From NCBI GenBank assembly GCA_035260865.1, contig DATFUK010000259.1, positions 1 through 35,413 of the forward strand: DNA of 35,413 nt. Reading direction: 5' to 3'. This DNA is from Candidatus Methylomirabilota bacterium (GTDB lineage Bacteria > Methylomirabilota > Methylomirabilia > Rokubacteriales > CSP1-6). The notes beneath the pieces are model-generated. The model was given only the letters and a program-made list of their open reading frames with translations. It did no database searches and had not been told where the DNA came from. Position numbers and translations under genes: made by a program. Numbering within the stretch: the stretch's first letter is position 1; every line of letters begins with the position of its first letter. Below, piece after piece: positions 8,521-16,867 of this stretch.

Positions 8521-9482
8521 TCGCCGCGCTCCCGGCGGGCTGGCTCGCGGAGGCGATCGCGCTCGCGGTCGCGCTCGCGGGTCCCGCGTGGTGGCCCCTG
8601 GCCCTCGCCGTGCACGCGGCCGCGGCCTGGCTCGCCGGCCGCGGGCTGGGGGACGGGCGCCGCGACGCCCGGTTCCTCGCGGGCGCGCTCGTGCTCTCGC
8701 TGCCGGGCCTCGGCCTGGTCGGGCTCAGCGCGATCCGGTTCTGGCGCAGGCGCGCCGCGCCCTCCGGGATCTACGCGGGGGCCCACTCGGAGATGGCGGG
8801 CCTGCCCGGTCCCGGCCAGTCTCCCGAGCCGGTGGACCGCGTCCTCGACTGGCTGCAGGCCCAGGTCTCGGTGCAGCCGGTCGCGGATCTCATCCGCGCC
8901 GCCGACCCGCGCACGCAGCGCTGGGGCGTGGGGCTGCTCGCCAAGCGCGGAGACGGCGCCGCGGTGGAGCTCCTGCGTGAAGCTCTCGGTGCCGATGACC
9001 GCGACACGCAGATCGCGGCCTCCGGCGCGCTGCAGCGGGTGGAGGAGCGGCTGGTGGCGCGGATCGCACAGGCGCAGGAGCAGCTCCGGCTCGATCCGGA
9101 GTCGCCCGAGCGCCTCGTGGCGGTGGGCGACGCGTGCGTGGCCTACCACGAGAGCCGTCTCCTGGAGGCGGCGATGGGCCGCCACTGGCTCGGGGAGGCG
9201 GAAGCCGCCTACCGGGCGGCGCGCGCGCGCCGCCCGGAGTGGCCCGCGCCGGCCGCGGCGCTGGCCCGGGTGCGGCTGGCCCAGGGCGAGGTCGCGGAGG
9301 CGGAGGCGCTGGCCGCGGAGGCGCGCACGGCCGCGCCGTCCACCGAGGCGGACCTGCTCCTCTCGGAGATCTTCTTCGCCCAGGGCCGGTGGGCCGAGCT
9401 GCGGACGCTGTCGCGCGACGCGGTCGCGGCCGGCCGCGCCGACGACACGCTGCGCTGGTGGGCGGGGGAGCCCGCGGCGTGA
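8517..9482 (+). CDS. pelE: PelE-like inner-membrane TPR protein (start codon uncertain)
   Basis: The frame is open from the pelD stop. Two predicted TM helices (WLAEAIALAVALAGPAWWPLALAV and FLAGALVLSLPGLGLVGLSAI) precede a helical-repeat C-terminus, as in PelE. The first canonical start is GTG 8610, which would remove the first helix. CTG 8517 or ATC 8520 abutting the pelD stop would keep it. Confidence 0.6.
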   Translation: MIAALPAGWLAEAIALAVALAGPAWWPLALAVHAAAAWLAGRGLGDGRRDARFLAGALVLSLPGLGLVGLSAIRFWRRRAAPSGIYAGAHSEMAGLPGPGQSPEPVDRVLDWLQAQVSVQPVADLIRAADPRTQRWGVGLLAKRGDGAAVELLREALGADDRDTQIAASGALQRVEERLVARIAQAQEQLRLDPESPERLVAVGDACVAYHESRLLEAAMGRHWLGEAEAAYRAARARRPEWPAPAAALARVRLAQGEVAEAEALAAEARTAAPSTEADLLLSEIFFAQGRWAELRTLSRDAVAAGRADDTLRWWAGEPAA

Positions 9483-10981
9483 CCACCACGACCCCGCCCG
9501 CCGACGTCTGCCTGATCCTGGAGGGCACGTATCCGTACGTGACCGGCGGGGTGTCGGCGTGGATCCACCAGCTCGTCAACGCGCTCCCCGAGCTGCGCTT
9601 CGCGATCTTCCACATCTCGGCGACGAGCGGGGAGGTGCACGAGCCGCGCTACACGCTGCCGCCCAACGTGGTGAGTCTCGTGGACGTGGGCATCCACGGC
9701 GGTGACGAGCCGGCGGGCCAGAGCCACGCGATGGATCCCGCCTCGTGGGAGAAGATCTTCCAGTATCACGAGGAGCTCAAGGACGGCCGTGCCGACGGCC
9801 TCGGCGACCTCCTGAGCCGGATCTCGCCCCACCAGGGCGCCGGTCCGTCGGTCCACGACTACATCTACGGCAAGCCGTCCTGGGACATCGTGCGGCGCCT
9901 CTACGAGGGCCGGGCCTCCCACATCTCGTTCCTCGACTACTTCTGGACGTGGCGCTTCACCCACCTGCCGATATTCCGGCTGCTGCACGCGCCGGTGCCG
10001 GAGGCCGCCCTCTACCACACCGTCTCCACCGGGTGGGCCGGGCTGGTGGCCGCGACCCAGCGGGTCCGCCACGACCGGCCGATGCTGCTCACCGAGCACG
10101 GCATCTACTCGCGCGAGCGGCGCATGGAGATCGACCAGGCGGAGTGGATCTACGTGCAGCGCCAGGCGCCCATGACCCTGTCGGCCGGGCCCGGCTTCTT
10201 CAAGGAGCTGTGGACCCGGCTCTTCGAGCACCTCTCGCGCATCACCTACGCCCACGCCGACCGCATCGTCACGATCTTCGAGGGCAACCGCCAGGCCCAG
10301 ATCCGCGACGGGGCGGACCCGGCCAAGACGCTGGTGGTGCCCAACGGCATCAACATGGAGCCGCTCGCCGCGCTGCCGCGCGTGGAGGCCGCGCCGGGGG
10401 AGTTCCGCATCGGCTTCGTGGGACGCGTGGTCCCGATCAAGGACGTGAAGACGTTCATCCGGGCGGTCAAGATCGTGAGCGCGACGCTGCCGGGCGCGCG
10501 CGCGGTGATCGCGGGGCCCGGCGACGAGGACCCGCAGTACCTCGACGAGTGCCGCGTGCTCGCCGCGACCCTCGGGGTGGCCGAGCGCGTGGAGTTCACC
10601 GGCCGCGTGGACGTCAAGGAGATCTATCCGCGGATCGACGTGCTCGTGCTCACCAGCATCTCGGAGGGGCTGCCGCTGGTGATCCTGGAGGCGGCCGCCG
10701 CCGGCATCCCGGTGGTCTCCACCGACGTGGGCGCGTGCCGCGAGCTCCTCGAGGGCAGCCAGCCCGCGGACCGCGCGCTCGGAGCGAGCGGGCTGGTGAC
10801 CGGCCTCGCCGACCCGGGCTCCACCGCCCAGGCCATCCTGAGCCTGGCCCGAGACCCGGGCCTGCGCGAGGAGATGGGCCGGGCCGCGCGCAACCGGGTG
10901 CGGGCCCACTACCAGGAGTCCGACCTGATCCGTCGCTACCGGGAGATCTACACCGACATGATCGGCCCGCGGGCGCGCTAG
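9479..10981 (+). CDS. pelF: PelF-like family-4 glycosyltransferase
   Basis: GTG 9479 overlaps the upstream stop (GTGA). The N-terminal CLILEGTYPYVTGGVSAWIHQL block is characteristic of PelF-type enzymes. The C-terminal GT-B domain carries the E-x7-E motif (SEGLPLVILEAAAAG). Confidence 0.85.
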   Translation: MTTTTPPADVCLILEGTYPYVTGGVSAWIHQLVNALPELRFAIFHISATSGEVHEPRYTLPPNVVSLVDVGIHGGDEPAGQSHAMDPASWEKIFQYHEELKDGRADGLGDLLSRISPHQGAGPSVHDYIYGKPSWDIVRRLYEGRASHISFLDYFWTWRFTHLPIFRLLHAPVPEAALYHTVSTGWAGLVAATQRVRHDRPMLLTEHGIYSRERRMEIDQAEWIYVQRQAPMTLSAGPGFFKELWTRLFEHLSRITYAHADRIVTIFEGNRQAQIRDGADPAKTLVVPNGINMEPLAALPRVEAAPGEFRIGFVGRVVPIKDVKTFIRAVKIVSATLPGARAVIAGPGDEDPQYLDECRVLAATLGVAERVEFTGRVDVKEIYPRIDVLVLTSISEGLPLVILEAAAAGIPVVSTDVGACRELLEGSQPADRALGASGLVTGLADPGSTAQAILSLARDPGLREEMGRAARNRVRAHYQESDLIRRYREIYTDMIGPRAR

Positions 10982-10985
10982 GGCG

Positions 10986-12401
10986 ATGGCGGGCATCGGC
11001 TTCCGGCTCAAGCGCCTCATCGTCGAGGACAGCAGCAGCGGCTGGCTGCGCGCGCACCTCTACGGCGCGGTCCTCTCGGCGGGCCCGTGGCTGCTCTCGA
11101 TCTGCACGCTCGGCACGCTCGCCCTCTTCTCCCGGGACCTGATCGGCGAGGCCGCGCACGCGCGCTTCCAGGCGATCGTGGTCTACACCTACACGTTCTC
11201 CCTGATCACCACCGGCGCCGCGCACATGGTGGTGACGCGCCAGCTCGCCGACGAGCTCTACGTGGGCCGCATCGGGAGCCTGGTCGTCTCCTACCGATTC
11301 ACGGTGGGATGGACCGCGCTGGCGCACCTCGGGCTCGGCGGCCTGTTCTACGCGCTGGCGCCCGGGCTCGATCCCGCGCTGCGCGTGTTCGGGGTCATGC
11401 TGCTGGTGGTGGTGTCGTGCACCTGGATGGTGATGATCTACCTGGGCGCGGCCCAGGACTACGCGAGCGTGGTGACCGCGTTCTTCGCGGGCAACCTGGT
11501 GAGCCTGCTCGCCGCGCTGGCCCTCGGCCGCTGGCTCGGCACCACCGGACACCTGGGCGGGTTCCTGCTCGGGCAGGCCGGTATCCTCTTCGTGCTCTGC
11601 GCCCGGGTGGAGCGCGAGCTCGCCGCGGTGCGCGTGCCCGAGACGGTGGATCTCACCGGGGCCTTCGTCCGCTACCCGGATCTGATCGCGGCGGGGCTCC
11701 TCTACAACGCGGCCATCGCGGTGGACCGCATCGCGTTCTGGATCGCGCCGACCGGCCGCACCATCGCGGGCTGGTTCCACGCCTCGCTCTACGACACCCC
11801 GATCTTCCTGTGCTACCTTTCGGTGGTGCCGTCGCTCGCCATTTTCCTCGTCAGCGTCGAGACCGACTTCTACGATCGCTACCGGGAGTACTACGGGGTG
11901 GCGACCAAGCACGGCACGCTGCGGCAGGTGCTCGAGGCCAAGCGGGCCATGACCGCGTGCCTGCGCGACGGCCTGCGCCGGGTGATGGTGGTCCAGGGCC
12001 CACTGACCCTGCTCCTGATGGTGCTGGCGCCGTGGATCGCGGCCGAGCTCATGCTCGACGGGCTTCAGCTCGGGATCATGCGCTGCGGCCTCGTGGGCGC
12101 GCTCCTGCACGTGCTGTGTCTGTTCGGGGGCATCGTGCTGCTCTACTTCGACCGGCGGCGGGCGGCCGCCGAGGTCGCGGGCGTCTTCCTGGCCGCCAAC
12201 CTGATCCTGACCGTGATCACGCTGCTGGTGGGCCCGCGCAGCTACGGGCTCGGGTACCCGCTCGCCGCGCTGCTCGGGTGCGCGTGGGCCTACCATCGCC
12301 TCGAGCAGACCCTGGACGATCTGGAGTACCTGACGTTCGCGGCGCAGCCGATGGCGCCCGAGGCGTCGGCCGTCGAGTCGAGCCCGACCGCATCCGCCTG
12401 A
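10986..12401 (+). CDS. pelG: PelG-like polytopic membrane protein (polysaccharide exporter/flippase-like)
   Basis: 471 aa that are hydrophobic throughout, with about 12 predicted helices. The N-terminal GIGFRLKRL and the position after pelF fit PelG. Confidence 0.75.
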   Translation: MAGIGFRLKRLIVEDSSSGWLRAHLYGAVLSAGPWLLSICTLGTLALFSRDLIGEAAHARFQAIVVYTYTFSLITTGAAHMVVTRQLADELYVGRIGSLVVSYRFTVGWTALAHLGLGGLFYALAPGLDPALRVFGVMLLVVVSCTWMVMIYLGAAQDYASVVTAFFAGNLVSLLAALALGRWLGTTGHLGGFLLGQAGILFVLCARVERELAAVRVPETVDLTGAFVRYPDLIAAGLLYNAAIAVDRIAFWIAPTGRTIAGWFHASLYDTPIFLCYLSVVPSLAIFLVSVETDFYDRYREYYGVATKHGTLRQVLEAKRAMTACLRDGLRRVMVVQGPLTLLLMVLAPWIAAELMLDGLQLGIMRCGLVGALLHVLCLFGGIVLLYFDRRRAAAEVAGVFLAANLILTVITLLVGPRSYGLGYPLAALLGCAWAYHRLEQTLDDLEYLTFAAQPMAPEASAVESSPTASA

Positions 12402-14071
12402 TGGCACATCGCTCGGCGGGCGAGGCCACGCTGGTGGCGGCCCTGCTCGCCCTGCTCGCGGCGGTCATCGTCTACCCGCTGCTCCAGGTGCTGTCGGTCG
12501 CGTTTCTCGAGGACGGGGTGCCGACGCTGCGGCCCCTGCTGGCCTTCTTCGCGCGGCCGCTCTTCCGCGAAGCGTTCGGGAACACGCTGCTGGCCGGAGT
12601 GCTGGCGGTGGCGATCGGCACCGTGATCGCGGTGCCGCTGGCCCTGCTCACCGTGCGCTACCGCTTTCCGGGTCGGACCCTGGTCACGGTGCTGGGCGTG
12701 CTCCCGCTCGTGATCCCGCCCTTCGTGGGCGCGGTGGCCTTCCAGCAGATCTTGGGGCGGAGCGGGGCGGTGAACCTGCTGCTGCGCGAGCACGCGGGCT
12801 TCACGATCCCGTTCATGGAGGGGCTGACCGGGGTCGTGCTGGTGCAGAGTCTCCACTACTTCCCGTTCATCCTGCTGAACACCGCGGCCGCGCTGGCCGG
12901 CCTCGACCGCTCGCTCGAGGAGGCGGCCCAGAACCTGGGCAGCTCGGGACTGCGCCTCTTCCGTCGCGTGCTGCTGCCGCTGGCGCTGCCGGGCTACGCG
13001 GCGGGCGCCCTCCTCACGTTCATCCGCGTGATCGACGACCTGGGCACGCCGCTCATGCTGAACTACACCAAGCTGCTGGCGCCGCAGGCCTACGTGCGGG
13101 TCACCACGATCGGCCTCACGGACGTGGACGGCTACGTGATCTGCGTGATCCTGGTGGCGCTGTCGCTCGGCGCCCTCGCCCTTTCCAAGGTGGTCCTGGC
13201 CCGCGGCGAGTTCGCGGCGCTCGGCCGGGGCGGGGACGCGCCGCCGGTGGCGCTGGGCCCGCGCGGGGCGCTGGTGGCATGGGGGCTCGTGGCGCTGCTG
13301 CTGGGGCCGGCCCTGCTCCCGCACGCGGGCATCCTGCTGCTCTCGGTCTCCCGGGTCTGGAGTCTCTCGCCGCTGCCGAGTGTCTACACCCTCGGCAACT
13401 ACGAGGAGATCCTGGTCCGCTCGCCCCAGTTCATCGCCAACACGGTGCGCTACGCGGGGCTCGCCGCGCTGCTCGACGTGGCCCTGGGCGCGGTGATCGC
13501 CTGGCTCCTGCTCCGCGGCCGGGTGCGCGGGCGGCAGTGGCTCGACACGATCTCGACGGTGCCGCTGGCGATTCCCGGCGTGGTGATCGCGGTCGGCTAC
13601 CTGCGCGCCTTCGGGGCCTTCCGCGTGCCCGGCCTGGGCGAGCCGCTCACCTCGACCTGGCTCATCCTGGTGATCGTGTACGCGGTGCGGCGGCTGCCCT
13701 ACGCGGTGCGCGGGGCCTACGCGGCGCTCCAGCAGCTCTCGCCCGCGCTGGAGGAGGCGGCCCAGAACCTCGGGGCCAACCGGGCGCGGACCTTCCGGCG
13801 CATCACGCTGCCGCTGATGATGCGCGGGCTCCTGGCCGGCGGCCTGCTCGCCTTCATCACCTCCGCGGTGGATCTCTCCTCCACGATCTTGCTGGTGCCG
13901 CGGGTCGAGCTGGGGCCGCTCTCCTACGGCATCTACCTCTACATGCAGTCGGCGGTGGGCCGCGGCCCCGGGGCGGCGCTCGGGGTCGTCGCCATCGTGC
14001 TGGTGGCGGCCGGGACCTGGGCCGCCACCGCGCTGGCGCGGCGCTCCGGGGCCGCGCTCTTCCGGAGCTGA
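12401..14071 (+). CDS. ABC transporter permease with two fused transmembrane domains (FbpB/ThiP-like)
   Basis: ATG 12401 shares its A with the pelG stop (TGATG). There are two copies of the EAA loop signature: EEAAQNLGSSGLRLFRRVLLPLALPG and EEAAQNLGANRARTFRRITLPLMMRG. The protein is 556 aa. Confidence 0.85.
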   Translation: MAHRSAGEATLVAALLALLAAVIVYPLLQVLSVAFLEDGVPTLRPLLAFFARPLFREAFGNTLLAGVLAVAIGTVIAVPLALLTVRYRFPGRTLVTVLGVLPLVIPPFVGAVAFQQILGRSGAVNLLLREHAGFTIPFMEGLTGVVLVQSLHYFPFILLNTAAALAGLDRSLEEAAQNLGSSGLRLFRRVLLPLALPGYAAGALLTFIRVIDDLGTPLMLNYTKLLAPQAYVRVTTIGLTDVDGYVICVILVALSLGALALSKVVLARGEFAALGRGGDAPPVALGPRGALVAWGLVALLLGPALLPHAGILLLSVSRVWSLSPLPSVYTLGNYEEILVRSPQFIANTVRYAGLAALLDVALGAVIAWLLLRGRVRGRQWLDTISTVPLAIPGVVIAVGYLRAFGAFRVPGLGEPLTSTWLILVIVYAVRRLPYAVRGAYAALQQLSPALEEAAQNLGANRARTFRRITLPLMMRGLLAGGLLAFITSAVDLSSTILLVPRVELGPLSYGIYLYMQSAVGRGPGAALGVVAIVLVAAGTWAATALARRSGAALFRS

Positions 14072-14073
14072 CG

Positions 14074-15246
14074 ATGGCGCCGCGCGTCCGGACCGAGTGG
14101 GTGCTGCCGGCCTCGATGCTGCTCGGGACCTTCGCGTGGTCGTTCGTCTACGTGAGCCTGCCGTTCCACATCCAGAAGATGTCGACGCTGGACCCGGGGG
14201 CGACCCTGCGCTGGACCGGCTGGATCCTCGGCATCAGCCCACTGATCACCGTGATCACCGCGCCGATCTCCGGACGCATCGGCGAGCACATCGATCCCAA
14301 GCGCGGCTTCATCGCGGTGCAGGCCTTCCAGGGGCTGGGCTTCCTCGGGATGGCGCTCGCGCGCACGCTGCCCGAGATGCTCGTGGCCCGCGTGCTCCTG
14401 GGGCTGATGGGCGCGGTGTCCACGTTCGCGTTCATCATGGTGGGACGCTCCGGCGGCGACGTGCGGCGCCAGGTCTCCTACATCCAGTCGGGCATGACCC
14501 TGGGGCAGGTGCTGGGACCCGCGGTGGGGGCGGTGGTGGCGGCGCGGCTCGGGTTCCGGCTGTCCTTCATCCTGGGCGGCGTCATGCTGTGGGCCTGCTC
14601 GGCTCTCGTGGCCTGGGGCGTGCCGCCCGGCAAGCCGCGCGACGCCAAGGCCGCGGGCGACCGGCGCACGCCGCCGCGGGAGCTGATCACCGCGTGCCTG
14701 GTCGTGCTCACCGGCTCGACCCAGATCTTCTTCCTGGCCGCGATCCTCCCGCAGATCCTCCCGCGGCTGGGCGTGTCGGGGGACTCCACGCTCGAGGTCA
14801 GCGGCTTTCTCCTTCTGATCACCGGGCTGGCCGCCGCGCTCGGCGCGATGGCCGCCCCGCGCCTCGCCGAGGTCGTCGGCGACCGGCGCGCGTTGATCTG
14901 GTTCCTCCTGGGCTCCTCGGTGCTGGTAGCCGGGCTCGGGGTCGCGGGCAACGTGTGGAGCTTCGGGGCGCTGCGCTTCCTGCAGGTGCTGTGTATCGCG
15001 CCGATCTTTCCGCTCTCGGTGGCCGCGATCGCGCAGCGGGCGTCCGGGGAAGCCATCGGATTCGTCAACTCGGCGCGGATCGGGGCGGCCTTCATCGGGC
15101 CGGTCGTGGCGACGACGCTGCTGTCGTCGATGCCGCCCGCCGCCGTCTACCTGGTGCTGGCCGGCATGGGGCTGTCGGTGATCCCGCTCGTTGCGCGGCT
15201 CAATCGCCGCGCGCGGCCGTGGGACGAGGGAGGGGCGAGGGCGTGA
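14074..15246 (+). CDS. Major facilitator superfamily transporter
   Basis: ATG 14074 lies 2 nt after the permease stop. The 390 aa contain about 12 hydrophobic segments split by a charged central loop (PPGKPRDAKAAGDRRTPPRE). An MFS-like loop motif GRIGEHIDPKRG follows TM2. Confidence 0.8.
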   Translation: MAPRVRTEWVLPASMLLGTFAWSFVYVSLPFHIQKMSTLDPGATLRWTGWILGISPLITVITAPISGRIGEHIDPKRGFIAVQAFQGLGFLGMALARTLPEMLVARVLLGLMGAVSTFAFIMVGRSGGDVRRQVSYIQSGMTLGQVLGPAVGAVVAARLGFRLSFILGGVMLWACSALVAWGVPPGKPRDAKAAGDRRTPPRELITACLVVLTGSTQIFFLAAILPQILPRLGVSGDSTLEVSGFLLLITGLAAALGAMAAPRLAEVVGDRRALIWFLLGSSVLVAGLGVAGNVWSFGALRFLQVLCIAPIFPLSVAAIAQRASGEAIGFVNSARIGAAFIGPVVATTLLSSMPPAAVYLVLAGMGLSVIPLVARLNRRARPWDEGGARA

Positions 15247-16346
15247 GCCAGGATGAGCTGGTCCGGCTGTCGGAAGTGCGCATGGAGGGCGTGGGCAAGC
15301 GCTACGGCGACCACTGGGCGGTGCAGGACGTCTCGCTCTCGATCCGCCCCGGCGAGTTCTACACCCTGCTGGGACCGTCCGGATGCGGCAAGACGACGCT
15401 CCTCCGCCTGCTCGCGGGGTTCATCACCCCGGACACCGGCCGCATCGTCGTGGACGACGAGGCGATCGATCCGATCCCGCCGTGGAAGCGCAACCTCGGC
15501 ATGGTCTTCCAGCACTACGCGCTGTGGCCCCACCTCTCCGTGTTCGAGAATGTGGCCTTCGGGCTCCGCGAGCGCGGGGTCGGCGGCGAGGCCCTGACCG
15601 CGCGAGTGGCCGCCGCCCTCGGCCAGGTGGGGCTCGCCGGCTTCGAGACGCGCCGGCCGTCGCAGCTCTCGGGGGGCCAGCAGCAGCGGGTGGCGCTCGC
15701 CCGGACCCTGATCATCCAGCCCCGCCTGCTCCTGCTCGACGAGCCCCTCTCCAACCTGGACGCGGTGCTGCGGTCGCAGATGCGACTCGAGCTGGCGCGG
15801 CTGCACCGCGACGTGGGCATCACCACCATCTACGTCACCCACGACCAAGCGGAGGCGCTCGCGCTGTCCACGCGCATCGCGGTGCTGAGCCAGGGGCGGA
15901 TCGTCCAGGAGGGTAGGCCGGAGGAGATCTACTGGCGGCCCCGCAACCGGTTCGTGGCCGAGTTCGTGGGCGCCGCCAACCTGGTGGCGGTGCGGGTGCT
16001 CGAGGTGCGCGAGCTGGGCGTGGTGGTGGACACCACCGGTGGCTCGCGCATTCCGGTGGCGTCGGGCGGCCACACGTGGGCGGTCGGAGACCGCGGTCTC
16101 CTCTGCCTCCGGCCGGAGGCGCTGCGCCTCGAGGAGGCCGAGCGCGCGGCGGGGGGCATCCGCGGCAAGGTGGCCGGGCACGTCTTCGAGGGGGCGCGCC
16201 AGCTCTACGACGTCACGATCCCGGGCGGCACCGTGCGGGTGGAGATGATCACCTCCGCGCAGCAGGGCAAGAGCTTCAAGCCCGGCGACGACGTCAAGAT
16301 CGAGATCTCTCCTGAAACCAGTGTGCTCCTCCCCGCGGAGGTGTGA
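15243..16346 (+). CDS. ABC transporter ATP-binding protein (PotA/FbpC/CysA-like with a C-terminal TOBE-like domain)
   Basis: GTG 15243 overlaps the MFS stop (GTGA). It has Walker A GPSGCGKTT, signature LSGGQQQRV, Walker B LLLLDEP and an H-loop in VTHDQ. About 120 aa form a C-terminal regulatory-type extension. Confidence 0.9.
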   Translation: MSQDELVRLSEVRMEGVGKRYGDHWAVQDVSLSIRPGEFYTLLGPSGCGKTTLLRLLAGFITPDTGRIVVDDEAIDPIPPWKRNLGMVFQHYALWPHLSVFENVAFGLRERGVGGEALTARVAAALGQVGLAGFETRRPSQLSGGQQQRVALARTLIIQPRLLLLDEPLSNLDAVLRSQMRLELARLHRDVGITTIYVTHDQAEALALSTRIAVLSQGRIVQEGRPEEIYWRPRNRFVAEFVGAANLVAVRVLEVRELGVVVDTTGGSRIPVASGGHTWAVGDRGLLCLRPEALRLEEAERAAGGIRGKVAGHVFEGARQLYDVTIPGGTVRVEMITSAQQGKSFKPGDDVKIEISPETSVLLPAEV

Positions 16347-16370
16347 TCTGGACGTTCTGGCGCTGCGACG

Positions 16371-16446
16371 GTTTACTTCTTCAGGCTCTATTCAATGCGG
16401 GGGCCCAGACATGGCCCCCGCACTCCCCCAGTCTGCGGACGACCGT
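16371..16446 (+). repeat. Intergenic repeat element, copy A, containing a 10-bp GC hairpin (16396-16422)
   Basis: The 50-nt core 16397-16446 matches the reverse complement of 34971-35020 at 46 of 50 positions by hand alignment. The hairpin is TGCGGGGGCC-CAGACAT-GGCCCCCGCA. The 5' flank (GTTTACT...GCTCT) is more loosely conserved. Confidence 0.8.
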
Positions 16447-16463
16447 TTCGGCGCACGAACAAG

Positions 16464-16472
16464 TGGTGTAAT
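16464..16472 (+). promoter_or_regulatory. Possible extended -10 element (TGgTGTAAT) upstream of the rhodanese gene
   Basis: Motif read directly from the sequence, 24 nt upstream of ATG 16496. No convincing -35 element was found. GGGGGA at 16483-16488 could serve as the ribosome-binding site. Confidence 0.2.
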
Positions 16473-16495
16473 CTTCGCCCCCGGGGGAAATCGTC

Positions 16496-16810
16496 ATGAC
16501 TGATATCAGTCCGCAGGATCTGAAGACTCGGATCGATCGGCGGGATCCGCTCGTGCTGCTGGACGTGCGCGAGGACTGGGAGACCGCGCTGTGCCGGCTC
16601 GAGAACGCGACCCACATTCCGATCGAGGAGATCGAGTTCCGCACCACCGAGCTCGATCCCGCCGACGAGATCGTGGTGTACTGCCACCACGGCGTGCGCA
16701 GCGCCGCGGTCGCCAACTTCCTCCGCCAGCAGGGGTTCAAGGCGGTGAACCTCGCGGGCGGTCTGGACTCCTGGGCGCGCGCGATCGACCCGAAGATGAA
16801 GCGGTACTAG
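16496..16810 (+). CDS. Single-domain rhodanese-like sulfurtransferase
   Basis: 104 aa with the active-site loop CHHGVRS and the LLDVRE and NLAGGLDSW motifs typical of rhodanese domains. Confidence 0.85.
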   Translation: MTDISPQDLKTRIDRRDPLVLLDVREDWETALCRLENATHIPIEEIEFRTTELDPADEIVVYCHHGVRSAAVANFLRQQGFKAVNLAGGLDSWARAIDPKMKRY

Positions 16811-16867
16811 CTTGGCGAGGTGAGCCGCAGGCGAGCCGAGCGAATACGAGAGAGAAGCAAGGGAGAT

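Noticed and set aside
8771-8781. GCGGGGGCCCA inside pelE, matching the first 11 nt of the repeat hairpin and so a possible third repeat copy
   Set aside because: The match does not extend: there is no complementary arm and no downstream core. It lies in coding sequence, and a short G/C-rich match is expected by chance here.
16321-16503. 60-aa ORF containing MAPALPQSAD, with the same peptide in the minus-strand ORF 34878-35363, suggesting a conserved small protein
   Set aside because: The shared peptide is explained by the conserved nucleotide repeat. Neither ORF has a ribosome-binding site, the flanking residues are unrelated, and the minus-strand ORF is antisense to a well-supported dehydrogenase gene.
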